Below, piece after piece: positions 21,878 to 35,102 of a stretch of DNA of 64,000 bases (positions are counted from its first letter, which is position 1; each line of letters opens with the position of its first letter). A model generated the notes under the pieces. The model did not search any database. It had not been told where the DNA came from and saw only the letters and a program-made list of their open reading frames with translations. Source of the DNA: Macrostomum lignano (Eukaryota). Location: assembly GCA_002269645.1 (NCBI GenBank), contig NIVC01000219.1, positions 208,532 to 272,531 of the forward strand, written 5' to 3'. The position numbers and the translations under genes were made by a program.

Positions 21878-22150
21878 ATATATCAAATTTTGAACGAAAT
21901 ACTATATTATATGTATACAGTGAAAAATTGATATCGTAGGAAAATGTAGGTGAAAAGGTGCAAAGCAAGGTGCAGAAAACACAATTCAGTGCTAAAACAA
22001 TTGGTGCATAAAATGGTTGTGATAGAACTATTATGTAGGTAAACCATTAAAGTGAGAACTATTATGGAAGCAAAACGAACTATTATAAAAGTATTATAAA
22101 AGGCAAAATTGTTATTAAAGGCAACGCAAAAGTTAGTTCACCTCAATAGT

Positions 22151-23024
22151 TCAGATAAACATGCAGGGCTCCGGGAGGTCGCGATAGTAGGGCCAGCCGA
22201 CTTGAGCGAAAAACCATCGGTACTCTTCGTCGAGGACCGTCAGCGCTGGCGGCGGATTGGCTCTTATAGCTCGCTGGAGGCGATAGGCGACGTCCTGGAG
22301 AACAGCGACAGCTTCCTGGTAACTGAATTGATCCCTTAGAAACTTCAGGTGTGTCCAAATTTGCGAGCATTGGGGTAGCGCTGTCGGCTGTCGGATCGGT
22401 GGTACGCTACTTTCAGTGCGTATTGCTCAATGTGGAAGCGTAGCTTTTCCACCTCTGCTCCGCGAGTCTCCACAAGTTCTCGGACGATGCGATGAAAATC
22501 TCTCTGCGAATTCTATTGCTGCTGGCTCGGCTGTAGTGCTGATGGCTGGCTAGACTGCTGCGCTGATTGCAGGCTCGGCTGCAACGCTGACTGCTGCGCT
22601 GATTGCAGGCTCGGCTGCGACGCTGGCTGCTGAGCTGGCGGTGTCGCAGCTGTCGATTTCTTCTGCCGTGGTGCCGGGGTCTTTCTCGATGATGGGGCAG
22701 CTGGCGGTGACACCAACTGCTGCGTTCGGCTTGATGTCGACGATCCTGGCGTGGCCTTGACAACATAGGAGCGCACGGGCGCAGCTGCCTGTGCTGCCAC
22801 CAGGGCGGCGCGCTTCTGCTCGGGCCTTCGACCCTCATTTGGCGGCAAGGCGATGAAGCTGGCGATGATGTTCTTGGCCGTTTGCTGGATACACCAGGCG
22901 CCTTTGGACGTGTTGCACATCGAAGCGGTGCCTCATTTTCGTCGGTGTTGGGCGCTGGCTGGGGCTCCATATCGTCTGACAGATTGCCAATTAACTCGTC
23001 CAAGATATCAATAGAGTTGTTCAT
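22151..23024 (-). pseudogene. Accessory gene inside the LTR element, disrupted (original product about 290 aa: acidic N-terminus, Q/S/P/A-rich linker, helical C-terminal domain)
   Basis: ATG 23024 (MNNSIDILDELIGNLSDD...). Three frames can be stitched across one stop and at least two frameshifts to ...NSQRDFHRIVRELVETRGAEVEKLRFHIEQYALKVAYHRS...LKFLRDQFSYQEAVAVLQDVAYRLQRAIRANPPPALTVLDEEYRWFFAQVGWPYYRDLPEPCMFI*. Confidence 0.55.
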
Positions 23025-23108
23025 TTTGATTTCTCTGCGAATGGCTCTTAGAATAGAAAGGAAGCTAGCAGTGAGCTATGGGATCTGTGGGGCCTGCGGG
23101 GTGCTCGT

Positions 23109-23174
23109 ATTTATAGGCTGGCGGGTTGAAAAACTGGACCTCTTCGAAGCACTCCCCTCGCGCGTGGGGCGGGG
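23109..23174 (-). promoter_or_regulatory. Internal Pol II promoter: GC box and TATA box
   Basis: GGGGCGGGG at 23166-23174 and TATAAAT at 23115-23109 (- strand), ~85 nt upstream of ATG 23024. Confidence 0.6.
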
Positions 23175-23424
23175 CATGCCAGATTTGACAGATTTGACAA
23201 CTAAATTTTTATGGATTTTCTATTTCTTTTTATAACTTTTTTATTTTTTGATAGATTTTCTTGAGTAAAGTATCAAATTAAAGATCGCATTTTGTAGATT
23301 AATATGGTATTTACAGATTCGCTCTATGTACAGCATGTCAAATTTTATAAGCAGATAAGTAATTCTAATACGGAATTTTAACTATTTAACACTGTTTCTT
23401 ATGGGAAATTGCTTACGTCATGAT

Positions 23425-24440
23425 TTAAGGTGCTAAATATTTCGCGTAGCGCCTTCGGGGCACAAATCCTGTCGCGCCTTCTCTTTCTCTCCTTCGCTGA
23501 GTCATCCTAAAGTTATACCTATTCTCTGGCTGAACTCGTTCCTCCTCTAACTCTAATGCTCCTTCTTCTTCTTCTGATGGCTCATCTGAGTCAGTCGCTC
23601 TCTCTGTATTCTCACTGTTCAATTCCTCATTTCCTTCGTTTTCACTCTGCGAATTCGGATCTGCGAATACTCTCCATTGAATTCTGTTTTCTTCGTCTGA
23701 GCTTTCCTCCTCTAAAATTTGAACTTCTGGAATTCTAACTTCTTTTTGTCTATGGCAAATTCTTTTCTTCGGCTTCGGCTGTTCTTTCTTCTTAGTTGGC
23801 ACTATTGCTGGTTCTAAATTATCATTATTAATTTCTTCTGGTAAATCAATTTCGGATTTCGGCACTGGAGTCAGATTATTACTGTTTTTCTTCGAACAAT
23901 TTTGCAAATTCTCACAGCTTCTCTTCGAAATCTCATCTTCATTTCATCTCATCTCAACTCAACAACTTCTCGACTCAATATCTCAACTCGACCCTGACCT
24001 CTCGAAAGCTTCTCTGCTGAACTCATGCCAGCTACAGCTCTACTGTCACGGGTCCTACAACTCTTAACAAATTCTCAAATCTCGAATCTCCTTCCGCTAT
24101 CTCAGTTTGGCCTCGTCAGTAGAATCATAGAAATTCTGTATTAATCTGCTCTTTAGGCCTTACTGCCCTTCCTTTCCTGCATGGCCTGACTCTCTGAACC
24201 TTTTTTGGCTCTTCTGAAAGCGTCATCGGCCTCTTCTTTCTGCCTTTGGCCAATCCGCAATTGGTCAGCATGCGTAGCTGTCCGCGCGTCATGCCAATCT
24301 CTGCAATCCAATCTTTTCGACAATTCTCTTCGCACAATTCTGCACAGTTCTCTCAGCATCAACTTCTCGTCAACTTCTCTGAGTAAAATAATCTTCCTTC
24401 AATGTTTTCAGTCCGAAATTGCAGTTCCCTGGCTTTCCTA
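23425..24440 (-). pseudogene. Decayed pol 3' remnant (probable integrase core trace plus acidic C-terminal tail)
   Basis: DAERTVQNCAKRIVEK weakly resembles the integrase helix GLAERxVQTxK; ORF 23425-23907 is acidic and ends ENRYNFRMTQRRRE like Gypsy Pol tails. Many stops. Confidence 0.35.
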
Positions 24441-24706
24441 AATAAGTTTCTTAGTAAAACGGCCCTTTTAAGGTCAAACGGCCCTTTTAAGGGTCACCTT
24501 CCTAAAATTTAATTATTTTATTTCTTTTAGACAGCTTATTGCCTTGCAACATGCCAACAAAATACCTCTTAATCAAATGTTTTTGGGTTTTTGTGAATTT
24601 TTTTATTCGTTTTTATATTTATGCATATATATTTGAAACATATTTACAGATTTGCTTTACAGACACTTTTAATTTGCTGATTCGCTTGAGTTCGCTCACT
24701 TTCTGA

Positions 24707-25285
24707 TTATGGCGGCTTCTGCTGGGCGTACCGATTGAAGTTGATTCGGCACTGGTGTCCTGCTTGAGGCCTAATGGGTCCTGGCTGGTTGCAGAAGAAG
24801 CAGTGACCAGGTGTCGGCTCTGGCCTGATTCCACTGAATCTGTTCAGGCGGCGCGGTCTTAGCACTGACTGCTGCTGCTGCCCTGTCTTTGGTTCTAGGC
24901 TAATGTTCGTTAGCACGAAGGTCAAGGTCATTAGACACTCTACTAATGCATCAATTCCCTCTTTTCGGTTCTGCTGCTTCGGCTCAAATTCTTCGATTAT
25001 TCGTCGCCTAATTTCCTGATACTGACTCTGCTCTTTTCTGTGACTGATTCGGCGTTTCAGTCCCTCTGGGATGTTTAGATTAGCAAAGAGAGCTTCCTTC
25101 TGTTTCTCGCCTGTAATCCCTTGGATTCTGCACTGCTGCTCAAACGTGTTCATCCACTGCCTAATGTTCTGACCAGGTGTGAACTTTTCTACTTGCACTT
25201 CAGCCTCCTTCGATCCTAACTTGAGATGTTTCCTCAGTTCCTCTGCCAGCATGGCGATGGCATCATTAGCCTGATTCTGATTCAT
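24707..25285 (-). CDS. Gag-like protein with degenerate zinc knuckle (192 aa)
   Basis: First ORF after the primer site; VEKFTPGQNIRQWMNTFEQQC (capsid-like) and CFFCNQPGPIRPQAGHQC. Confidence 0.75.
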   Translation of the reverse strand: MNQNQANDAIAMLAEELRKHLKLGSKEAEVQVEKFTPGQNIRQWMNTFEQQCRIQGITGEKQKEALFANLNIPEGLKRRISHRKEQSQYQEIRRRIIEEFEPKQQNRKEGIDALVECLMTLTFVLTNISLEPKTGQQQQSVLRPRRLNRFSGIRPEPTPGHCFFCNQPGPIRPQAGHQCRINFNRYAQQKPP

Positions 25286-25364
25286 CTTCTCTCTATGAAA
25301 AACTTTTCAAATTATTCTTCGGAATTCTTCTGAATCTAGTTTTGAGAGTTCGCGCCGTTTCTCT

Positions 25365-25383
25365 AATCCCACCGCTGCCACCA
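25365..25383 (-). promoter_or_regulatory. Primer-binding site complementary to tRNA-Leu(AAG/TAG type) 3' end
   Basis: TGGTGGCAGCGGTGGGATT, 2 nt after the 5' LTR; complement of ...AATCCCACCGCTGCCACCA. Confidence 0.88.
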
Positions 25384-25385
25384 GC

Positions 25386-26154
25386 TGTGACAGGCCTTTT
25401 TGGCTCTGTCTTTCTAAACTTCTAACTATTAGTGTTTATTAAATATCCTACGAGCTGCCACCAAAGTTGTTACAGGCCTTTCACCTCTTACTTTATCAAT
25501 TTTAATCCCACCGATTTGCCAACTACAGTTATCCTGATTATACTTGCTTTTACTCCCTAACTATTTCTTAGAATTTCATTTAAATATTTCTGGGTAGCGT
25601 TCTTAGTAGCGTTTCTGGTAGCGTTCTTAGTAGCGTTTCTGGTAGCTTATGGCTTGCTTTCTGGTAGCGTTCTAGTAGCTTATGGCCTGAGCGGTCTAGT
25701 ACTGGTATATGTATTAGTGTATAGTCCTAATCGGGCGTTCACCGAGACTAGAGGGTCACGGCGCCTCTCTTGGTATATCTCCAAGAATTAGTCCCAATTC
25801 CCTTCTCTTAGCAAATTTCTTAGAATCGTTTCACAGGTTTTGCAAATAAATAAGTCGCTATTTAGCTCAAAGACTTTGAAATGGTTTAGATTGAACTGCT
25901 TATTCTGTTCGCAATTATTTGCTCACGAGTAAAAGACAGTTAGAGTATATTTGTCGCGAAACCGCTCCTATATATAGTGATTTTCCCCACATACGATTAA
26001 AACAAAAAAATAATTCTCCAATTTATTTCGCGCATTAAAACAAACTATTATTTGGCGTTCGCGTAGATTCAGTTTCTAAGAAAGATTCAAATATACAGTT
26101 ATTACATTGAAAGAACATTCTAGTATACTATGATAAAGGCATAGCACTAGTACA
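25386..26154 (-). repeat. 5' LTR
   Basis: Near-identical to 21096-21864. Confidence 0.93.
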
Positions 26155-27700
26155 AGTAAAAAGTGATACATACAAAGATCTGTTCAAATGCCTTAATATA
26201 AGATTAAAAAACTGGGAAGCTTGAAATTTATGCTTAAAAATAAACTTTTTAAATTGTTTTACCACTTAACAATAACTTTTCTATGTGATTCTATAAGGTG
26301 CATAGCAAATTTTTGGGCATATATTACATGATCCAATGTGTAAATAGCATGTAATTGAACTATAACAATTTTTCCCTTTGCTTTAAATATTGGCAACCAA
26401 GCACAAATAAATTAACTAATCATATAATATGTAATATATAATATAGTGCTATATTGGTGCTATAAAGTTGATTATTAAATGGCAATAGCCAAGAACAAAT
26501 TGAAAAAAAAAATGTGCAAAGTGAGGCTACTCAGGCAGTTAAACATTCAACAAAGTTAAATAATAGGCCTCCCTATATTGATTTTTTCTTAGAAGATCCA
26601 AACTGATTCTGGTTTTAGAATTGGTTAATATGAAAAAAGTCTGAAAGTCTTTACACTGTCTGTGTGCTATTTTTTATGCGAATCTGCTTGCTTTTAAAAA
26701 TACACCTAGGCTATATAAAAATAATAATTAATAAAGATTGATTAGTAATTAATAATAGGTATAATTAATTAGGCCTAACTGCTAATATCAACAAATAATT
26801 TTTTGCTTTATGAATATAAATTCTAACAAGCCTATGCTTAAGCCAATACAATTCAATAAAAAACACAATTTAGCATATCTTAATTTTTATAACAATTTTG
26901 TTTGCTTAGGATCTAGCTTAAGGATATTATATTAAAGGTTTTTCAAATTTCCTAGTCAGTCAAAATTAAAAAATCAAATATATACAAAATATTTGAGATT
27001 CATATAGTAAAGTATAACAATTCCCTTCTATAGTATTTTTCCTGTAACAAATTATATATCAAAAGGGTATGGGATTTCTAGGCTATGCTTTTTATTGCTA
27101 AAATATCAAACAATCTTTTAAATTAATTTTTTGTGTATTAAATATTTCATATTTTTAAATTTTTAGCTAAAATTACAGTACCAGAGATAAAAAATCTATC
27201 AGATGCAGAATTATTATAAATTTTTGTTTGAGTATAAACTTATTTTTTTAATGTACCTTGTCTAACACATAAGTATCTTGTCATTGGCAACCAATCATAC
27301 ATGCGCAACTTCTGGCCAACCTGGCCGATCTGGCCACCGTAAATTGTGGTGGACCAGGAGTAAGTCGCAAAGATGCCCAGCCTAAAGAATAGACGTATTA
27401 CTAATTAGATGACGAGGCATTTAGCCCTTATAAGACAATCATAGCTACTCCTGCCGTTTACCCAAAAGGGTTAGGTTTCTTTTACAGGTTAGTCGCATTA
27501 TTGGTCAAAAATTAAGTCGCATGGCCAGTGTAAATCAGGGGGGTTGCGCATGTATGCAACCAATTGTTTTCTAATTTTTTATATCTAACATGTAGTTTTA
27601 TATCTGCAAGTTTGATTACATTAATTGTCTGATTGTTTTCAGCAGTAGCATTCATTATTAATCTTTGCTATACAAACAGAGCAATACTTATTGAAATTGA

Positions 27701-27907
<207 letters not shown>

Positions 27908-28129
27908 TTATTGATTTTGCCACTGATGGCTGTGTCACTTCTGATTAGCTTTGTTATGGGTTTATTTTCTGTCGCTTAGGATTGCAATTGACTAAAGTGC
28001 TTTGAGTAAATGATTTCAGGGTAGCCTTGCTATACTGATACTTTACCTTGTTAGGATTTTGATTTATCCAGGCGTATGACATTGGGATCTCAGATTTAAG
28101 GGTTCAGAAAGTGGGATATCAGATCTAGA

Positions 28130-28790
28130 TTCTAAAACTGTGATCTCGGATTCGGGATTCTGAAATTGGGATGAAGATTTTTTAAGATTCTGAAATTGGA
28201 ATCTTAGATTTTTGGGATTCTGAAATTGGGATCTTCGATCTGGGATTCTAAAATTGGGATTTTGGATTTGGGATTCTGAAATTGAGATCTTAATTCGGGA
28301 TTCTGAAATCGGGATCTTGGATTTTTGGGATTCTGAAATCGGGATCTTAGATTTTTGGGATTCTGAAATCGGGATCTTAGATTTTTGGAATTCTGAAATT
28401 GGGATCCTAGATTTTTGGGATTCTGAAATTGGGATCTTCGATCTGGGATTCTAAAATTGGGATTTTGGATTTCTTAAAATGACATCTTAATTCGGGATTC
28501 TAAAATTAGGATCTTAGATTTGGGATTCTGAAATCGGGATCTTAGATTTTTGGGATTCTAAAATTGGAATCCTAGATTTTTGGGATTCTAAAATTGGGAT
28601 CCTAGATTTTTGGGATTCTGAAATTGGGATCTTTGATCTGGGATTCTAAAATTGGGATTTTGGATTTGGGATACTGGAACTGGGATCTTAGATTTTTGGG
28701 ATTCAAAAATATGGATCTTAGATTCGGGATTCTAAAAATGGAATTTCGGATTTGATTTGGGATTCTGGAACGAACTGTTTTCTTAGATTT
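28130..28790 (+). repeat. ~29-bp degenerate minisatellite (GGGATTCTGAAATCGGGATCTTAGATTTT)
   Basis: Direct reading. Confidence 0.9.
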
Positions 28791-29924
28791 ATGATTGTGA
28801 AATCATTAAGACGTAAGAGTATTTCTATTGACCAATTTTGCTTAAATTTGTTCGAATTCATTCAAAAATTGCTTGTGGTTTTCAGTGTTTTAATCAACTA
28901 TGAAAAATTGATTACAGAATATTCTTGTGGTGTTGGCACGCGGTGTCATTTCAGTTTTCTGTTGTTTAATTTTGTCTGTGTGTTTGGCTTGAATTTGTCA
29001 TTTTTATGTGCCTTGGATGGAAATCAGTTGGAAGCAATCATTACTTGGTATTAAAGAGCATTCTGATTATTATTATAGGCATAAATTTCACGCACGCGCA
29101 CAAGATGTCGTTCTTCCACTGTTGAATTTTTTAAGAGCATAAAATCCATTTTGTTTGTTAACTAGTTTTGATTGATTGTTGTTTCAATTTATAATTTTCC
29201 TCTTGTCAATTGGTATTTTATATAACTTATGCACAGTTTTAGTGTCAATCGGCGTTCGCCTACTGTCAGTAATACTTGTCAGGATTTTTTGTTGTTTTTT
29301 TAATCAATGAAATTTTAGAAAGAAACTCTAAGATTTCCGATTCCCTAGTCGTGTAATTAGATTTGTAATGATGAAGCTAGATTGGATCACTGGGATAATT
29401 CCAACTACGAGTATGTAGTCATGAATTCTGTTAAGAGCAAAAGTGATTAAAATAAAAAATAATCAAAAACCCGCACCTTTATAAACCCTCTAAAACAGGT
29501 GTTGTGCTTTATTTTGTTCATCTTCTGCACTGTTTGCTTTTTCTCTCGTAATTTTGTATTTTTTTAATTTTTTTTCTTGTCTGTGTGCCTGCGTGTGTTT
29601 TTAACAGTAAAGAATGCAACACTCATTTCGTTTGCGTATTTTGCTTCCCGTGTGTTTACATTAATTCAGTTGACATCAATAATGTTCGCAATAAATGACC
29701 ATTAATTAATTATCTAATCTTCTCATCTTCAGCACCCTGTTGGCAGGCGCTGCCCCCCTAAATGCTGGGTTCTGGATTTTGATTCTGAAAAGTCTGAAAA
29801 CTTAAGTATTTAATTGGTGATTTTTGAGCTGCTTTGCCAATCTGGGCTTCTTAAAAATATTTTAAAGCCGAATTCATGCAATTTACTTTTATTTATTTTC
29901 TCGGTTTAGGCACGTTTCCCCAAA

Positions 29925-30700
29925 GTGTTTATGTAGGGTTTCCCCCCAGTGTTTATGTAGGGTTTCCCCCCAGTGTTTATGTAGGGTTTCCCCCCAGTGT
30001 TTATGTAGGGTTTCCCCTAGTCTTTATGTAGAGTTTCCCCTAGTGTTTATGTAGGGTTTCCCCCTAGTGTTTATGTAGGGTTTCCCCCCAGTGTTTATGT
30101 AGGGTTTCCCCTAGTCTTTATGTAGAGTTTCCCCTAGTCTTTATGTAGAGTTTCCCCTAGTGTTTATGTAGGGTTTCCGCCTAGTGTTTATGTAGGGTTT
30201 CCCCCTAGTGTTTATGTAGGGTTTCCCCTAGTCTTTATGTAGAGTTTCCCCTAGTCTTTATGTAGAGTTTCCCCTAGTGTTTATGTAGGGTTTCCCCCTA
30301 GTGTTTATGTAGGGTTTCCCCCTAGTGTTTATGTAGGGTTTCCCCTAGTGTTTATGTAGGGTTTCCCCCTAGTGTTTATGTAGGGTTTCCCCCTAGTGTT
30401 TATGTAGGGTTTCCCCCTAGTGTTTATGTAGGGTTTCCCCCTAGTGTTTATGTAGGGTTTCCCCTAGTGTTTATGTAGGGTTTCCCCTAGTGTTTATGTA
30501 GGATTTCCCCTAGTGTTTATGTAGGGTTTTCACTAGTGTTTATGTAGGGTTTTCACTAGTGTTTATGTAGGGTTTTCACTAGTGTTTATGTAGAGTTTAC
30601 CCTAGTGTTTATGTAGGGTTTCCCCTAGTGTTTAGACAGGGTTTCCCCTAGTGTTTATACAGGGTTTCCCCTTGTGTTTAGACAGGGTTCCCCTTGTGTT
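29925..30700 (+). repeat. 23-25-bp minisatellite (TAGTGTTTATGTAGGGTTTCCCC)
   Basis: Direct reading; ends ~120 bp upstream of the MOCS3 ATG. Confidence 0.95.
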
Positions 30701-30821
30701 TAGAATGACTGAATAATTAATATTTGCAATGCTTCGCCATTTACCCTGAAATTAAATAATCTAAATCGTTAACGGTAACGCTCCAGCGGTTTTTAAAACT
30801 TCAACTAATAAATAAACAGCA

Positions 30822-32233
30822 ATGGCTAGCAAAGACAGTGCGGTGGCTCACAGCCTCACAAATCCCGAGATCAGTCGCTACAGTCGGCAGTTAATTATGC
30901 CCGAAATTGGCGTCGCCGGTCAAATGGCTTTGAAGTCCAGCCGGGTGCTAATTATCGGCGCGGGGGGTCTGGGCTGCCCTGCCGCTATCTACCTGGCCGC
31001 TGCTGGTGTTGGTGAGTGCTCGCTGACCATTCTGTGTGTGGCTAAAATTAGGCCAGCATAAACTGGCTTCATTAATAAATACTAGTCAGTATAATGATAA
31101 CTCACATTAGGGCCCAATTATAAAATCACTCTCGGGCGATTTCAAACGGACAATCACTCTCTTGGATCACGAATGGAAAATCACTCTCTCGGATCCCTAA
31201 TGGAAAATCACTCTCTTGGATCCCTAATGGAAAATCACTCTCTTGGAAAATCAGTCTCTTGGATCCCTAATGGAAAATCACTCTCTTGGAAAACCAGTCT
31301 CTTGGATCCCTAATGGAAAATCACTCTCTTGGAAAATCAGTCTCTTGGATCCCTAATGGAAAATCACTCTCTTGGAAAACCAGTCTCTTGGATCCCTAAT
31401 GGAAAATCACTCTCTTGGAAAATCAGTCTCTTGGATCCCTAATGGAAAATCACTCTCTTGGATCCCTAATGGAAAATCACTCTCTTGGATCCCTAATGGA
31501 AAATCACTCTCTTGGATCCCTAATGGAAAATCACTCTCTTGGATCCCTAATGGAAAATCACTCTCTTGGATCCCTAATGGAAAATCACTCTCTTGGATCC
31601 CTAATGGAAAATCACTCTCTTGGATCCCTAATGGAAAATCACTCTCTTGGATCCCTAATGGAAAATCACTCTCTTGGATCCCTAATGGAAAATCACTCTT
31701 AGATCCCAAAATTCCCAATGGAAAATCACTCTTCCTTTAATCCTCCGCAGGCCACATAGGCATAGTGGATCACGACAATGTTGAGCTGAGCAATCTGCAT
31801 CGCCAGATTCTGCACACAGAATCTGCTATTGGCACACCTAAAGCCGTCTCTGCTGCTGAGCAGTGCCGCAGGTAATTTTTTGCTTTTACAGGTAGGCAAT
31901 GTTAGTAGACTTGGTAAACTTTATTTAATTAATGCTGTTGGTTTTATTTATTTTTCTCTCAGGCTAAATTCAAGCATTACTTTGGAGCCGATCACAGAGA
32001 AATTTACTAACAAAGTGGCTATAAACATTGTTAGTCGGTGAGTTCAATTATCAAATTAAAAACTGTTTTTGATAGTGCTAAGCAAGTACGAGTAAATAAA
32101 ATACTGTAATAAGTGTTGTATATAATGTACTACCACTACCACTACTACTACTACTACTACTAGTACTACTACTACTACTACTAATACTACTACTAATGCT
32201 ACTACTACTACTACTACTGTACTACTACTACTG

Positions 32234-32267
<34 letters not shown>

Positions 32268-35102
32268 TACTAGTGCTACTACTACTGCTACCACTACTAC
32301 TACTACTAATGCTACTACTACTACTACTAGTACTACTACTACTGCTACCACTACTACTACTACTAATGCTACTACTACTACTACTAGTAGTACTACTACT
32401 AATGCTACTACTACTACTATTAATGCTACTCCTACTACTACTAATGCCACTACTACTACTACTACTAATGCTACTACTACTACTACTAGTACTACTACTA
32501 ATGCTACTACTACTACTACTAGTACTACTACTAATGCTACTACTACTACTACTAGTACTACTACTAATGCTACTACTACTACTACTACTAATGCTACTAC
32601 TACTACTAGCCCTTACCCGATATCCCTTCTCAACCCGCAGCTTCGACCTGGTGCTGGACTGCACAGACAACGTGGCCACCCGCTATCTAATCAATGACGC
32701 CTGCGTCCTAGCCGGCAAACCGCTGGTATCCGGCGCTGCTCTCGGCTTTGAAGGGCAACTCTGCGTGTACAATCACCGCGGCGGGCCGTGCTACCGGTGT
32801 CTGCACCCGGCCCCGCCTCCGCCCGAGACCGTGGTGTCCTGCGCCGAGGGTGGCGTACTGGGTTTAGTGCCAGGCATTATTGGTAGCATGCAGGTATAAT
32901 AATTCATGTCCTGTCATGTCCTTCTCTGTCACCTCGCATTTCCTCCGTTAATATCCCTCGCTTCCCCCCTCTATCCTTCCCCATCCCCCCTCGCTTCCCC
33001 CCTCTATCCTTCCCATCCCCCTCGCTTCCCCACTCTATCCTTCCCCATCTCCCCTCGGCTCCTCTCTCTATCCTTCATTCCTTCCCCATCTCCCCCTCGC
33101 TTCCCCTCTCTATCCTTCCCCATCTCCTCTCGCTTCCTCTCTTATCCTTCCCCATCTCCCCCCTCGCTTCCCCTCTCTATCCTTCCCCATCTCCCCTCGC
33201 TTCCCCTCTCTATCCTTCCCCATCTCCTCTCGCTTCCTCTCTTATCCTTCCCCATCTCCCCCCTCGCTTCCCCTCTCTATCCTTCCCCATCTCCTCTCGC
33301 TTCCTCTCCTATCCTTCCCCATCTCCTCTCGCTTCCTCTCCTATCCTTCCCCATCTCCCCCCTCGCTTCCCCTCTCTATCCTTCCCCATCTCCCCTCGCT
33401 TCCCCTCTCTTTCCTTCCCCATCTCCTCTCTATCCTTCATTCCTTCCCCATCTCCCCCTCGCTTCCCCTCTCTATTCTTCCCCATCTCCCCTCGCTTCCC
33501 CACTCTATCCTTCACCAAATTCTCCTCATTTTCTCATTATTCAGGCTCTGGAAGCAGTCAAAGTGATCCTGCAGCCGGTTCAGGCGAAAGCCAATCTGTC
33601 AGCTACTGGCACTGACGAGCAGCAGCCGCCGCAGGCGCCCAAACAACAGCTGAGACTATTCAACGCCTTAGAGAGCTCCCTACGCTGCGTAGCTATCAGG
33701 AAACGCTCGCCAGGCTGCGAAGTCTGCGGTCGGGAGCCTCGCATTGTCGACGTGCGCTCCGTTGATTATGAAGCTTTCTGCGGCCTGCCAGCCTGCGACT
33801 TGGTGACGCCAAGGACGCCGCTGCCCGGTCAGACTCGAATCAGCGCCACCGAGTTTGCTAAGGTTTGTTTTGCAGCTTCACTTGTGTTTAGGCTTGTATT
33901 GCCGTTAGCTAGCCAGGTTCTGGAATTTTAGGTCTCTAGACACTAACATCTCGTCTAAGGACTAGCTTTAGACCTTTGAGAGCCCTATGTTAAGCTTCAG
34001 GAGCACATCCAATCTGAAGAGTCTGTTGTACAGCCAGAACCTGAAGGGCCTGTTTTACACCCAGAACCCGAAGGGCCTAGTGTACACCCAGAACCTAGGG
34101 TGTCTGTTGTACACCCAGAACGTAGGGTGTCTGTTGTACACCCAGAACCTAGGGTGTCTGTTGTACACCCAGAACCTGAAGGCCAATGAAGTGTCTGTTG
34201 TACACCCAGAACCTGAAGGCCAATGAAGTGTCTGTTGTACACCCAGAACCTGAAGGCCAATGAAGAGTCTGTTGTACACCATTGTACACCATGCAACCAT
34301 TGGTTTTAAACCCGCGCCACCATCAGGTGTACAATGCCGCCGGATCGTTGCCGACAGAACAGCGATCGCCGCGTCTGCTTCTCGACGTTCGTCCGGAATG
34401 CGAGTTTGCCATCTGCCGGCTTCGTGGCAGCCTGAACGTGCCGCTGTCTCGATTGGCCCAGCCTGTTGGCAAAAGTCTGCTGGCTGAGGCTCTGCATCCT
34501 CTGTTAAACAGTTCTTTGGCTGCCGGAGATGCCAGCCTCTGCGATAAGGACAAACTTTTGCCAGGTGAGCTGTTTCCTTTAGTTGCAACTGGAGTTTTTG
34601 CTCCAGGAATTCGATTTACTGAAAGTTTCGTTTTTAAATCTAATTAAAGATCACCCTCAGATCTCATCGAAAATCGCCCTAACGAATCCTGTAAATAATC
34701 GCCCTCCAATGCTTATGAAAATTATTCTCAAATCCCAATGCAATACCGGCCTTCAATACTGCTAAACATCGGCCTCCAATACTACTGAAAATTGGCCTTC
34801 AATCCCAGTGTAAAATAGGCCTTCAATACTACTGAAAATAGGTCTTCAATATGACTGAAAATCGCCCTGTAGTTAGATTAAAAACGACTTTTTCACTCTA
34901 TTTTTCAACTTAACTTTTTATGCAACAACCATCGCCCTCGCCGTTCCCAGTGTACGTAATCTGTCGCCGTGGCAACGACTCTCAAGTGGCGGTTCGCATC
35001 CTGCAAGAGCAGCTGGCTGACCGGCCCTGCCGTCTAATAGACATTGCTGGCGGCCTCACCGCCTGGGCTGCTCAAGTTGATCGAGAATTCCCTATTTATT
35101 AA
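30822..35102 (+). CDS. MOCS3: Adenylyltransferase and sulfurtransferase MOCS3/UBA4
   Basis: Exons 30822-31011, 31751-31871, 31963-32037, 32641-32893, 33545-33862, 34327-34564, 34951-35102 splice in frame. Motifs [63 protein letters not shown], and rhodanese loop CRRGNDSQ with GGLTAW...FPIY. Confidence 0.95.
31135..31735 (+). repeat. 27-bp minisatellite (GGATCCCTAATGGAAAATCACTCTCTT), MOCS3 intron 1
   Basis: Direct reading. Confidence 0.95.
32128..32608 (+). repeat. (CTA)n-type trinucleotide repeat, MOCS3 intron 3
   Basis: Direct reading. Confidence 0.95.
32955..33512 (+). repeat. ~32-bp pyrimidine-rich minisatellite, MOCS3 intron 4
   Basis: CTTCCCCATCTCCCCTCGCTTCCCCTCTCTAT units. Confidence 0.9.
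34018..34275 (+). repeat. 27/37-bp minisatellite (CTGTTGTACACCCAGAACCT...), MOCS3 intron 5
   Basis: Direct reading. Confidence 0.88.

Larger units (their letters stand above)
21096..26154 (-). mobile_element. Non-autonomous Gypsy-like LTR retrotransposon (5059 bp) lacking RT/RNaseH
   Basis: 769-bp direct repeats 21096-21864 and 25386-26154 with TG...CA ends and about 3 visible differences; AGTA duplication at 21092-21095 and 26155-26158; primer site, polypurine tract and gag-like ORF all on the - strand. Confidence 0.93.

Noticed and set aside
22151-23024. Possible env gene
   Set aside because: No signal peptide, furin site or transmembrane segment in any frame.
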